Shown here: one piece after another, positions 28,697 to 38,590 of the stretch
Numbering within the stretch: the first letter of the stretch is position 1
Layout: each line of letters opens with the position of its first letter
Assembly (NCBI GenBank): GCA_963847455.1
Contig: CAWKAG010000056.1
Location: forward strand, 12,421 to 76,420
Origin: an uncultured Acidimicrobiia bacterium
Lineage (GTDB): Bacteria > Actinomycetota > Acidimicrobiia > Spongiisociales > JAENVV01
Direction: 5' to 3'
Length of the DNA stretch: 64,000 nucleotides
The notes under the pieces: model-generated
Told to the model about the DNA's origin: nothing
What the model saw: the letters and a program-made list of their open reading frames with translations, nothing else
The model's database searches: none
Made by a program: the position numbers and the translations under genes

Positions 28697-29192
28697 TCAT
28701 GCCAACGGCATAACAACCGGCCCGTGATCGACCGCTTCGAGAAACTTCATCAGATCCGCGGGGGCGATGGTCGTCGTCTGATCATTGACAAGCGGATGGA
28801 AATTGAGAAGCGACTCGGCCAACAATGCCTCGTCAACCACGACATGCACACGCCGATCAGCGTCGTTCATCACAGCGAACGGCGTAACCGCCCCTGGCAG
28901 AACGCCCAGGTGCGCCATGAGTCGTTCCGGACTCCCGAACGATACGCGACCCGCCCCGATTCGGTCCCCGAGGTCCTTCAGGTCGAGTACCCGATCCTCC
29001 GGACAGACCACCAACCACATATGTCCCTTCTTGTTGCGAAGAAACAGGTTCTTACAGTGACCGCCCGGTAGGTCCCCCCGGAGCGCCTTGGAGTCTTCCA
29101 CGGTGTAAAGGGGCGGATGGTTGACGGTTGTCGTGGCGATGCCCAATCCTTCGAGATACGCAATCAGGCCGTCCGGGAGATTCGCTGCTCAT
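28697..29192 (-). pseudogene. ProX/YbaK-type prolyl-tRNA editing domain protein, +1 frameshift at about 29175 (probably a sequencing error)
   Basis: HPPLYTVE, GGHCKNLFL, LGVLPGAVTPFA and FHPLVN. ATG 29192 overlaps the upstream TGA (ATGA); removing one base gives MSSESPDGLIAYLEGLGI. Confidence 0.88.
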
Positions 29193-29611
29193 CCGAGGAC
29201 GGCTCGACCGGTTTCATCGAAAGCTACGCCTCCGGAGGCCACTTCCCAGATGTGCCCGTCGGGATCCTTGAAATACCCCGAATACCCGCCCCACTCTGCC
29301 CGCTGGGGGTGCTTGAAGACGAGCGCACCGGCCCGGGCGGCCGCCGCTATGAAGTCGTCGACGGCCTCCGGGGAAGCGACGTTATGGGCGAGGGTGACCA
29401 TCGACCCACCGGGCGGCGGTACCTCTATGCCCATATCGGCCGCCAGATCCTCGTTGGTGACCAGTCCCAACGCCAGCGAGTAGCCGGCCTGCACGAAAAC
29501 GACGGTGTCAAGATCTGCGATGAGTTCAAAACCGAGACCATCGCAGTAGAAACGCCGGGACGTCGCCACATCGCCGACACCAAGTGAAACCAGGTGGACC
29601 TGCTGTTTCAT
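29189..29611 (-). CDS. VOC/glyoxalase-family protein
   Basis: VSLGVGDV..SRRFY..GLG, LAHNV and WGGYSGYFKDPDGHIWEVA. Confidence 0.92.
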   Translation of the reverse strand: MKQQVHLVSLGVGDVATSRRFYCDGLGFELIADLDTVVFVQAGYSLALGLVTNEDLAADMGIEVPPPGGSMVTLAHNVASPEAVDDFIAAAARAGALVFKHPQRAEWGGYSGYFKDPDGHIWEVASGGVAFDETGRAVLG

Positions 29612-30648
29612 GCGAACGTGATCACACTCGTGCCAAGCTGGCCGAACGATCCCATCGACGGCAACTCCTCCGGAACTTCGTCCAGGGTGAGCGTCTTCCC
29701 GACGAGGCGTGCCGGATTCACTTTGCCCTCCTCGATGAGCGAAAAAATGTCCGCATACCCGGTGGCTGGCATTCCATGACTGCCGTAGATCTCGAGCTCA
29801 AGCGATATGACCCGGCTCATCGGAATCGGCAGATTGATACCCGCTTCCAACACAAGACCAATCTGAACATGTCGGCCCCGCTTGGCAAGACACCGGATCG
29901 AGTTCTGGGCCGTCACAGCTGAGCCGAGAGCATCCACCGAAATCTGAGCTCCCCCGCCTGACGCTTCCCGAATGACGTTCACTGGCTTTTCGCGGATCGC
30001 GTTCACCACCACGTCGGCGCCTAGTTCAGTCGCCAGTGCAAGTTTGTCGTCGTCAAGGTCGACCGCGATTACCCGGGCACCGAACGCTTTCGCAACCTGA
30101 ATGGCCGAGAGTCCCACTCCGCCGGTTCCGTGCACCGCCACCCATTCCCCTGCCTGAATGTTCGCCCGATCCGTTAGCCCGTGATAGGCCGTCATGAACC
30201 GGCATCCGAGTGCCGCGGCAGCCACGAAATCAATACTGTCGGGAAGCCGAACAACGTTGAAGTCAGCCCAGGGTACTTGGACGAAGTCCGCCATCGACCC
30301 CCACCCGGAAAACCCCGGTTGGTACTCGTTGTCGCAGATGTTGCCGAATCCGGCCGAACACGCACCACAAACCCCACATCCGCACGAGAAGGGAATCACC
30401 ACCCGGTCGCCGACCGCCCAGCCAGTCACTTCCGATCCGACACGAGCGATCACCCCAGCCATTTCATGACCGGGTACGTGAGGAAGTTTGATCGACGGGT
30501 CGTGTCCCATCCATCCGTGCCAATCACTCCGGCAGACGCCGTTGGCTCGCACCTCGATCACGACACCGTGGGCGAGCGGCTCGGGCCGGGCGACCATCTC
30601 GACTGTCAACGGGCCCTGAAAATCCTTGTACGTCACAGCTCGCATCAT
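29608..30648 (-). CDS. Zinc-dependent alcohol dehydrogenase (MDR family)
   Basis: GVCRSD, GHE, structural Zn site CGCGVCGAC..G..NIC, LGCRFMTAY and GTGGVG. Confidence 0.95.
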   Translation of the reverse strand: MMRAVTYKDFQGPLTVEMVARPEPLAHGVVIEVRANGVCRSDWHGWMGHDPSIKLPHVPGHEMAGVIARVGSEVTGWAVGDRVVIPFSCGCGVCGACSAGFGNICDNEYQPGFSGWGSMADFVQVPWADFNVVRLPDSIDFVAAAALGCRFMTAYHGLTDRANIQAGEWVAVHGTGGVGLSAIQVAKAFGARVIAVDLDDDKLALATELGADVVVNAIREKPVNVIREASGGGAQISVDALGSAVTAQNSIRCLAKRGRHVQIGLVLEAGINLPIPMSRVISLELEIYGSHGMPATGYADIFSLIEEGKVNPARLVGKTLTLDEVPEELPSMGSFGQLGTSVITFA

Positions 30649-30709
30649 GGTGGCTAAACCCTACCGCCCGCATCGTGGTCCTCACGACGGGTTCGGTTAG
30701 ATTCGCCTG

Positions 30710-31948
30710 ATGGACCTTGACCTCAACTACGTTCGATCTCAGTTCCCTGTCTTCGCCACCAGCACCAACACGGAGGCGTTCTTTGAGAACGCCGGTGGAT
30801 CGTATGCCTGCCTGCCGACCATCACTGCTCTGAATGACTTCTACGTCAATACCAAGGTCCAGCCCTATGCGGACTACGCCGCCTCTGCTTCAGGGGGACA
30901 CGCGATGGATCATTCGCGTCAGCGATGGGCAGATGCGCTGGGCGTTGACTTCTCAGAGGTGCAGTTCGGTCCGTCGACCTCAATCAACACCTACGTCCTT
31001 GCGAACGCGTTCAGGGCAACACTCAAGCCAGGCGATGAAGTTGTCGTCACCAACCAGGACCACGAGGCCAATACCGGCGCCCTCCGACGAGCAGCCAAGG
31101 AAGCAGGAGCGACCGTGCGGGAGTGGCGGATCGACCCTGAAACCGGGTTGCTGGATCCCAGTGGTCTAGCCGACCTGGTGGGGGACAAGACCAGAGTCGT
31201 CTCGTTTCCGCACTGTTCGAACATCGTTGGTCAGGAGAACGACGTAAAAGCCCTCACCTCCATCGGCCATGCCGTCGGAGCCCGGGTAATCGTCGATGGC
31301 GTTTCATACGCTCCGCACGGGTTCCCCGACGTCGCCGGTCTCGGCCCGGACGTATACCTATTCAGCCTGTACAAGACCTATTCGGTCCATCAGGGCCTCA
31401 TGGTTGTCCGCCGAAGCCTGCTCGAAGAACTTCCCAATCAGGGACATTTCTTCAACGAGAACCTGCCTACCAAACGCCTTACGCCGGCCGGTCCCGATCA
31501 TGCTCAAGAATCCGCCGCGGGCGGTGTCCTCGACTATGTCGAAGACCTGGCTGTGCATCATGGCGTAGCGGGACCATCACTCCGGGATTCGGTAGCCGCC
31601 GTCGGAGGCTTGTGGCAGACCGCGGAAGACCGCCTCGCCCAGCCGCTTCTGACCTGGCTGGCAGAACACCCCAAGGTGAGACTCATCGGGCCATCGCAGC
31701 AATCTGGACCCTTGCATCGGGCTCCGACCATTGCCTTTTCTCCATTGGACCAAACCGCCTCCGAGGTGGCGAGCAAGCTTGTCGGCCTCGGCATTCAGAT
31801 CAGTTCGGGAAATTTCTACGCGTATCGGGTTCTTGACGGTCTCGGTATTGATCCCGACCAGGGTGTCGTCCGCGCCTCAATGGTCCACTACACGTCAGGC
31901 GACGATGTTGCCCTACTCATGGCCTCCCTTGACCGGGCTCTTGCATGA
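30710..31948 (+). CDS. Class V aminotransferase / cysteine desulfurase-like PLP enzyme
   Basis: FFENAGGS, DHEAN, FPHCSN, VDGVSYAPH, FSLYK (PLP Lys) and RASMVHY. Confidence 0.92.
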   Translation: MDLDLNYVRSQFPVFATSTNTEAFFENAGGSYACLPTITALNDFYVNTKVQPYADYAASASGGHAMDHSRQRWADALGVDFSEVQFGPSTSINTYVLANAFRATLKPGDEVVVTNQDHEANTGALRRAAKEAGATVREWRIDPETGLLDPSGLADLVGDKTRVVSFPHCSNIVGQENDVKALTSIGHAVGARVIVDGVSYAPHGFPDVAGLGPDVYLFSLYKTYSVHQGLMVVRRSLLEELPNQGHFFNENLPTKRLTPAGPDHAQESAAGGVLDYVEDLAVHHGVAGPSLRDSVAAVGGLWQTAEDRLAQPLLTWLAEHPKVRLIGPSQQSGPLHRAPTIAFSPLDQTASEVASKLVGLGIQISSGNFYAYRVLDGLGIDPDQGVVRASMVHYTSGDDVALLMASLDRALA

Positions 31949-33186
31949 CAAAGACCGCGACCACCGAGTCGACCCAGACTCGACTCGTCTGGACCTTCTT
32001 TTGGGTGGTAGCCATCGGCCAAACGGCCTACATCCTCGCCGCTACCGTCTCATCGCTGGCAGGTGGAGAACTGGCTTCGACTCGCTGGAGTGGGTTGCCG
32101 TCGGCCTTCGGAACGGCCGGGCTCGCCGCCGGTGCCATGGTCTTTACGTGGGTTGCCGTCAGGTTCGGCCGGACGGCTTCATTCACTGCCGGGTACGTGA
32201 CAGCTGCCGCCGGGGCGGGCATCGCCGGTTACTCCATTACGCAGAGGTCTTTCCCTCTGCTGTTGCTTGGCATGGTCATCCTCGGTCTCGGGCAGAGCAC
32301 CTCGCACCTGGCTCGGTACGCCGCCGCCGACCTACGGCCGAGCAAACGACGGGCCACCACCATCGGCATGTTGGTCTGGGCGGGAACGATCGGAGCAGTG
32401 CTGGGGCCTCGTGCCTTGAATCCGGCCGGTAATCTGGCAATCTCGCTGGGTTTCGAGGACCTCGTGGGGCCGTACCTCACCGGTGCCATTCTCTTCGGAA
32501 TCGGTGCGGTGGTATTCGCAGTTCTGCTGCGACCCGACCCGGCCAAGCTCGCCATTGACGACGAAATTGAGACCTCAACTCGGATAAACGAGCCCGTCCG
32601 CGATCGCTCAGCGCTGCTAGCTACCAACCAGACCCAGCTGGCTCTGGTGTCCATGGGACTCGGTCAGGGTGTCATGGTGCTCGTCATGACCCAAACTCCC
32701 CTGCATCTGCGGAGAATCGGTGAGGGCCTCGACGTGATCGGGAACGTGATGACTGCCCATACCCTCGGCATGTTCGCCATCGCCCCTCTTACGGGTTACC
32801 TGGTAAAACGACTCGGTACTCGCGCCATGATCGCGCTAGGTGCGGCGGTACTGATTGGATCCTGTGGGATGTCCTTCGCCGGAGCCGATCCTGCGCGGAC
32901 GGCCCTGCTACTCCCGGGCTTGTTGCTGCTTGGCATCGGGTGGAACTTCACCTTCGTCGCCGGCAGCACGCTCTTGATGAATGACCTGGCATTCCAGGAG
33001 AGAACCAACATCCAAGGTATCGGGGACACTCTCACCTGGATTGTTGGTGGCAGCGCCAGCATCGCGTCGGGCTTCGTGGTCAGCGGCACGTCGTATTCTT
33101 CCCTCAGTCTCATCGGAGTGCTTCTCTCGCTCATCCCGATAGCGGCCCTGATGTTCTGGCATGAGCGCGCCACGGTGGCGGTCTGA
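31945..33186 (+). CDS. MFS transporter
   Basis: About 12 TM helices; ARYAAADL, MTQTPL, HTLGMFA and GWNFTFVAGS. ATGA overlap with the upstream gene. Confidence 0.92.
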   Translation: MTKTATTESTQTRLVWTFFWVVAIGQTAYILAATVSSLAGGELASTRWSGLPSAFGTAGLAAGAMVFTWVAVRFGRTASFTAGYVTAAAGAGIAGYSITQRSFPLLLLGMVILGLGQSTSHLARYAAADLRPSKRRATTIGMLVWAGTIGAVLGPRALNPAGNLAISLGFEDLVGPYLTGAILFGIGAVVFAVLLRPDPAKLAIDDEIETSTRINEPVRDRSALLATNQTQLALVSMGLGQGVMVLVMTQTPLHLRRIGEGLDVIGNVMTAHTLGMFAIAPLTGYLVKRLGTRAMIALGAAVLIGSCGMSFAGADPARTALLLPGLLLLGIGWNFTFVAGSTLLMNDLAFQERTNIQGIGDTLTWIVGGSASIASGFVVSGTSYSSLSLIGVLLSLIPIAALMFWHERATVAV

Positions 33187-33189
33187 CGA

Positions 33190-34128
33190 ATGACCCAATC
33201 CCTGCCCTACATCGGACGCACTCGATTGAACGAGCTGGTCCCCATGATCGACGCCATCGACGCACTCGATCGAGCCTTCGCTGCTGGCATCCCCGCGTTG
33301 CCGGTTCGAACCGTCCATGACATCCCCGACGGTCAACTGCTGATGATGCCTGCCTGGTCTGGTCAGGGAATCGGCGTCAAACTCATCACATACAACCCGA
33401 CGAACCACGACCGTCCAACCGTCCAGGGCGTCTACGTCCTCTTCGAATCGGGAACTACTTCACCACTTGCGGTCCTCGACGGATCGGCCATCACCGAACT
33501 TCGGACCGCCGCGGTCTCTGGAGTAGCCACTCGCCACCTCAGCACCACCGATGCGAGCCGTTTGCTCGTGTTCGGATCCGGAGTTCAGGCCAGGAGTCAC
33601 ATCCGCGCCATGCTGGCGGTGCGGCCCATCGCACATATCGAGATCGTAAGTGCCAACCCGGCTAACGCCGTCGGGTTGGCGACCGAACTTCGTGAATCAG
33701 GCATCGACGCTGTGGCAATCGATCCGAGCGGCCTCATAACGGCCGATATTGTTTGTTTGTGTACAACGAGCCCAAATCCGGTCATGACGACCGGCCAGCT
33801 CCCCGCCAGCGTCCACATCAACGCCATCGGCTCGTTCCAGCCACATACGCGCGAAGTGGACTCACGAACCGTGTCCTCGTCTGCGGTGTATGTCGAGGAC
33901 CGCATTGCCGCCATGGACGAGGCCGGCGACCTCATACAGCCCGAGGTCGAGGGCGCCTGGAATCGGTCAGAGATAGCCGCAGACCTGCACGAACTCGCCG
34001 GAGGCGAAGCTGAAGCGGTTGGCGGACGAACTCTGTTCAAGGGGGTCGGATTGGCCTACGAGGATCTGGTAATCGCCCTAGCCGCCTATCAACGGTCAAC
34101 GGACACGAACGATGCATCGGATCGTTAG
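33190..34128 (+). CDS. Ornithine cyclodeaminase / mu-crystallin family protein
   Basis: GVKLIT, TELRTAAVSG, GSGVQARSH, INAIGSF and FKGVGLAYED. Confidence 0.93.
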   Translation: MTQSLPYIGRTRLNELVPMIDAIDALDRAFAAGIPALPVRTVHDIPDGQLLMMPAWSGQGIGVKLITYNPTNHDRPTVQGVYVLFESGTTSPLAVLDGSAITELRTAAVSGVATRHLSTTDASRLLVFGSGVQARSHIRAMLAVRPIAHIEIVSANPANAVGLATELRESGIDAVAIDPSGLITADIVCLCTTSPNPVMTTGQLPASVHINAIGSFQPHTREVDSRTVSSSAVYVEDRIAAMDEAGDLIQPEVEGAWNRSEIAADLHELAGGEAEAVGGRTLFKGVGLAYEDLVIALAAYQRSTDTNDASDR

Positions 34129-34173
34129 GAACGCTTGGCGTTGGCGATCTGCCAGCCGTCCCGACTGGCGGCA

Positions 34174-35262
34174 TCACTGCTGGGTGGGGACGGACCCAAC
34201 GGATCGATGTCGCCGGTGAGGGTCGGCGCCCGCTTGCGACCTCCTGGTCCTGAAGACGAAATACTTCTGGAGGAAGTAGCTCGCCAGGAACAGAGAAGCT
34301 TCGGTAACGAGCTTGGCCAGACCGATCATGATCCCCAGCCGTTCGTAGAGCAGATAGAGGATCGTGTAGTTCGCGATCAGAATGCCGATCGCGACGGTCC
34401 CATAGCCGGCGATAGCGGTGGGCAGCGAGGTGCGCCCCGCCGGGTCGAATACATAACGCCGATTCAGCGTGAAGTTGAGAGTAGCGCTGGAGATACGGGC
34501 GCCAACGACGGCCACCGCCAGGCTGCCAGTCATCGCCATCAGCGCCAGCACAAGCACGAAGTCGACGACGGCCGCGGCAAGCGATGAGATGCTGAAGCGA
34601 ACCAACGGAAGATACACCCGGATCGAGTCAATCACAGGACGGAAATGCGACGACGCGTTGTCGTCGATGTAGACCGTAACAATCGGTACTTCGACGACCT
34701 CGATAGCGCTCCGCCTGGCCTCGAGCAGCACATTGAGTTCGTATTCGAATCGGTCACCATCGATCGACACCAGCCAGGACAGGAGCGATGCTGGATAGCC
34801 ACGCAGACCGGTCTGCGTATCCTGAAGCCGGAGGCCGCTGGCCGCTCGGAGGGCTAGACGGGTCGCCGCGTTGCCGAACCTGCTGCGCAGTGGGATTTCG
34901 CCGGTGAAGCTCCTGGCCCCAAGGACGACGTAGTCGCCCCCAGCCCGGAGCCTGTCTGCTACCGCAAAGATGTCCTCAGGTGTGTGCTGACCGTCGCTGT
35001 CGGCGCAAACGACGTCTTGGTTCGGACAGTGCGCGGCGATGTAGTCGAAGCCCCGCTTGAGCGCGTATCCCTTGCCTCGATTCGGATGGTGCTCGATGAC
35101 GGTGGCACCGGCGAGCCTCACCTGCTCGAACACCGGATCGAAGCGTGGATCGCTCCCGTCGTTGACGACGAGGACCTGGTGCCCTGCGGGACCAGCGGTC
35201 AGGGCCTCGATGAGATCTACCAGCTTGTGGTCGGGTTCGTAGGAAGGAACGAGGATGATCAC
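34174..35262 (-). CDS. Bifunctional GT2 glycosyltransferase / GtrA-like flippase
   Basis: LVPSYEP, VNDGS, NRGKG.ALK, ADSDGQH, DTQTGLR and RFEYE, followed by a 4-TM GtrA domain. Confidence 0.93.
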   Translation of the reverse strand: MIILVPSYEPDHKLVDLIEALTAGPAGHQVLVVNDGSDPRFDPVFEQVRLAGATVIEHHPNRGKGYALKRGFDYIAAHCPNQDVVCADSDGQHTPEDIFAVADRLRAGGDYVVLGARSFTGEIPLRSRFGNAATRLALRAASGLRLQDTQTGLRGYPASLLSWLVSIDGDRFEYELNVLLEARRSAIEVVEVPIVTVYIDDNASSHFRPVIDSIRVYLPLVRFSISSLAAAVVDFVLVLALMAMTGSLAVAVVGARISSATLNFTLNRRYVFDPAGRTSLPTAIAGYGTVAIGILIANYTILYLLYERLGIMIGLAKLVTEASLFLASYFLQKYFVFRTRRSQAGADPHRRHRSVGSVPTQQ

Positions 35263-36368
35263 GACACGACCTCCGATTCCACTGCGATGTAGAGAATGTC
35301 GCTTGTGCCGCGCTCCTCGCCCCTGCCAAGGGGGTTGTTGACCAGCTCACCGTTGAAGTACATCGTTGCCGAGCCACCACCGTCGAGGTTGTACGCCTCG
35401 GTTGCCCCAAGCTCAAGAAAGATCTCCGCAAACCCGGTCATGGTGACGCCGTCGCTATATCCGGGGCTGCGCCCGTCGACAACCACAAAGACGAAGTGGT
35501 TCTCTCCGATGATGCCGATGCCTGCTCGGGGTTGTTCACCCTGGATTGAATGGTTTCCGAAGTTGGTGTCGATCTCGATCTCGTCGATGCCGTCGACAAT
35601 CTCGCCGTCATTCACCAGTGCAGGCCCGAACGACATGGTGTTCCAGACACCGGCGGCGAGGAGTTCGTCGGCAGTTGTTGTGGTCTCGTCGTAGACCTCC
35701 ATGGTCCCGTCCTCGTAGATAGCGAGACCGACACGGGCGCCGTCGTCCCGGTACACAACGCCGTTGCGGATCACGATCCCGGTTTCCCGGAACCCGTAGT
35801 AGTCGCCGTTGATGGCGAAGATGGCTCCGTAGTACTCGGCCATCTCGGACGTGTCCTCGATGATGTTGGTGCCGAACTGGTTGTTGGCGAAGCCTGCCCG
35901 CAGGTCGGTTGCATCGGACAGCTCGACATCGGCGACGTAGTAGGTCACCGTGTCTGTCCCGCTTCCGGTCACAACGGTGGAGATCTCGATTGAGATATCG
36001 CCGTCGGTGAAACTGGTATCGGTGAGCACTACCGGATCGGTCGGCGCGGCTCCTACGGGAATACCGTCGACTTCGGACGTGTCGGCCGCAGCCAGCGCGT
36101 CGCCACTTGCCAGCGAAAGTTCATAGGCGGTTACGTCTTCGAGTTCGACGTGATCGATCACGAATCGATCCAGCGCCCCCAAAGCGACCGCTCCGACAAC
36201 GGCAAGTACAGCGAGGACCGAAACCAAGAGCCTTCGGGCCTTCGGCCTCTTTCGACCCGTCGACCGCGGAGGATCGGAATCGGGCGCCAGCGAGGCTGCC
36301 AACACCCTGGTCGGCGCCGCCGACGGCGTCGAGGTGAAGGATCGGTTGCGGAAACGTTGCATTGTCAT
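35259..36368 (-). CDS. Phosphodiester glycosidase (NAGPA/DUF2233) family membrane-anchored protein
   Basis: N-terminal TM; AINGDYY, SFGPALV, PRAGIG, VVVDGR and AYNLDGGGS. CCAGGAG RBS before ATG 36368. Confidence 0.92.
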   Translation of the reverse strand: MTMQRFRNRSFTSTPSAAPTRVLAASLAPDSDPPRSTGRKRPKARRLLVSVLAVLAVVGAVALGALDRFVIDHVELEDVTAYELSLASGDALAAADTSEVDGIPVGAAPTDPVVLTDTSFTDGDISIEISTVVTGSGTDTVTYYVADVELSDATDLRAGFANNQFGTNIIEDTSEMAEYYGAIFAINGDYYGFRETGIVIRNGVVYRDDGARVGLAIYEDGTMEVYDETTTTADELLAAGVWNTMSFGPALVNDGEIVDGIDEIEIDTNFGNHSIQGEQPRAGIGIIGENHFVFVVVDGRSPGYSDGVTMTGFAEIFLELGATEAYNLDGGGSATMYFNGELVNNPLGRGEERGTSDILYIAVESEVVS

Positions 36369-36653
36369 CTCCTGGATCGTGTACTCACATCGTGAGTGAC
36401 CAGGCTGGGAAAACACTGTGCAGTGCCCATGAAGTTGATGAGATTCGTACAACCAGCCCGATTCTCCCTGCAGATCCCCCGGAGGTGATGTGCCGCAGCT
36501 CAGACGCAAGACATGCTGCTGACCCACGCGAGCGTCCACGATTCTGAGCCAACTCGAAGCCGCCACTCAGGGAACTCCCAGGATGATGACGTACCTTTGA
36601 AAGAGCCGGAAGCAAACGGGCTTGCGGTCATGCAAATAAGGGACACGAACATC

Positions 36654-38420
36654 ATGAAAAAGCGCACAACTCTCGCGATCTCGGTAGCCGTGGTTCTGTC
36701 GATGCTGGCGGGCTGCAGCACAGCCGTAAGCACTTCAGGCGGCGAGGAGATCGTCGCCGCCGGCGAGGAGATCGTTGCCGGCACCGAATCCGAAGCAGCT
36801 GTGGACACGACAGAGGAGAACGCCGGGACCCACGCCAGCGCCGAATACGCCTACGACGAGGCGGACGTCATTGAGATCTCTCTGGGTGCCACGATCACCG
36901 CAGATTCCGACTCGGTTGTCGTCGACGGGACCACCGCAACCATTGTCGAGCAGGGTACCTATCGCATCAGCGGGACTGTCGCCGACGGTGATGTTGTCAT
37001 CGACGCCGGCGACAGTGCGGTGGTCCAGCTCATTCTGGACGATGCCGGCATCACGAATACCGATGGTGCTGCGATTGCCGTCACAAGCGCCCAGACGGCG
37101 ATTGTGATCCTGGCCGACGGCAGCACGAACACGTTGACCGACGGGGCCGTGTACGTCCTGGCCGAGGGTGAGGATGAGCCAAACGCCGCCTTGTACAGCA
37201 AGTCTGATCTCACCATCACCGGTGAGGGGTCGCTGGTTGTCTCCGGCAACTACAACGACGGCGTTGCGAGCAAGGATGGTCTGGTCATCGAAAGTGGTGA
37301 CATCACCGTTGTCGCCGTGGACGATGCTATTCGCGGCAAGGACTACGTCGTCGTGAACGGTGGAAACATAGACCTCACCGCCGGCGGCGACGGGATCAAG
37401 TCAGACAACGACGAAGACCCCGAACGCGGGTACGTCCTGATTGCCGACGGCGAGATCAATGTGACCTCAGGCGACGACGGAGTGCAGGCAGCCACCGACG
37501 CCCTGATCGCTGGCGGAATTCTAACGATCTCCGCCGGAGCTTCCGGCGTAAGCGAGGACGCCCGAGGAGTCCAAGGAGACGTGATGGTAGTGGTCAGCGG
37601 AGGCACGATCATTGTTGACGCCGTTGACGATGCCATTCATTCAAACTCGACCGTCACTATCGATGGGGGTGACCTCACGCTGGCGACGGGCGACGACGCC
37701 ATCCACGGTGATTACGTTGTGACCATCGATGGGGGGTCCATCGTCATCACCGAGGCGTTCGAAGGGATCGAGTCTGAGGTGATCACGATCAACGACGGAT
37801 TCATCGATATCACATCCTCCGACGACGGGCTCAACGTGTCGAGCGCGGATTCAACCGCTACGACCATCGACGCGCGCGGCGGTCCCGGTAGCGAAGCTGT
37901 CGGCGACTACTACATCTATATCACCGGGGGCACCACCGTGATCACGGTCACCGGTGACCTCGCTGAGCAGGGCGATGGTATCGACGCAAACGGCCACGTC
38001 GAGATGTCCGGCGGTGTAGTGGTGGTGAGTGGCCCGACGGACACCCGCAACAGCGCCGTCGACTACAGCGGAGGTTCGTTCGATGTCTCCGGTGGTGTGT
38101 TCGTCGGCACGAACATCAACGGGAGAAACTCAGAAGGCGTCGGCGCAGCATCAACCCAGGCCTCGATCTACGTCACGTCGAGTTCGGTGATCGATGCGGA
38201 TGCGGTGATTCACATCCAGACCACCGATGGGGAGGGCCTGGTCACCTTCCAGCCCGCCAACGAGTTCGACGTAATCGTGTTCACCTCACCTGATCTCGTG
38301 CAGGGCGAAACCTACGAGATCTATGTCGGTGGGTCCGTGAGCGGCGACTCAATGACAGGGCTCTACGAAAACGACGCCTACACCCCGGGCACGCTCCTTG
38401 GGACGACGACCGCGAGTTAG
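36654..38420 (+). CDS. DUF4353 (Cthe_2159-like beta-helix) carbohydrate-binding lipoprotein
   Basis: Lipobox LAGC; repeats TI.EQGTYRISG, YNDG..SKD.L.I.SG, DDAIRGKD, GDGIKSDN, DDAIH and DGIDANG. Confidence 0.9.
   Translation: MKKRTTLAISVAVVLSMLAGCSTAVSTSGGEEIVAAGEEIVAGTESEAAVDTTEENAGTHASAEYAYDEADVIEISLGATITADSDSVVVDGTTATIVEQGTYRISGTVADGDVVIDAGDSAVVQLILDDAGITNTDGAAIAVTSAQTAIVILADGSTNTLTDGAVYVLAEGEDEPNAALYSKSDLTITGEGSLVVSGNYNDGVASKDGLVIESGDITVVAVDDAIRGKDYVVVNGGNIDLTAGGDGIKSDNDEDPERGYVLIADGEINVTSGDDGVQAATDALIAGGILTISAGASGVSEDARGVQGDVMVVVSGGTIIVDAVDDAIHSNSTVTIDGGDLTLATGDDAIHGDYVVTIDGGSIVITEAFEGIESEVITINDGFIDITSSDDGLNVSSADSTATTIDARGGPGSEAVGDYYIYITGGTTVITVTGDLAEQGDGIDANGHVEMSGGVVVVSGPTDTRNSAVDYSGGSFDVSGGVFVGTNINGRNSEGVGAASTQASIYVTSSSVIDADAVIHIQTTDGEGLVTFQPANEFDVIVFTSPDLVQGETYEIYVGGSVSGDSMTGLYENDAYTPGTLLGTTTAS
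36741..36782 (+). repeat. In-frame 21-bp tandem duplication (GEEIVAA-GEEIVAG)
   Basis: ggcgaggagatcgtcgccgcc / ggcgaggagatcgttgccggc. Confidence 0.9.
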
Positions 38421-38444
38421 ACGGCCAGCCAGCAGCGCCGCTTC

Positions 38445-38473
38445 GGAGCCCCGACCTATCTGGGCGGGGCTCC
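38445..38473 (+). terminator. GC-rich hairpin after the DUF4353 gene
   Basis: GGAGCCCCGACC-TATCT-GGGCGGGGCTCC; no U-tract. Confidence 0.6.
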
Positions 38474-38590
38474 CAACGATGCGGCCTGCCGCCTGGTTGC
38501 CCACCTCGGGTTCTGGCTTGTGAACCACTCGTAAGCGGTGTCCTTGGCCGTGCCGAACGGCGTGTCGTACGCAGTTGTTAGCCTGCAGTT

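Noticed and set aside
29608-30648. AcuI acryloyl-CoA reductase next to dddP
   Set aside because: It retains catalytic and structural Zn ligands typical of alcohol dehydrogenases, which AcuI/YhdH lacks.
27367-34128. Ectoine catabolism cluster (EutD-like M24 plus EutC-like cyclodeaminase)
   Set aside because: The M24 protein carries DddP-specific blocks, and no eutA/eutB/eutE or ectoine transporter genes are present.
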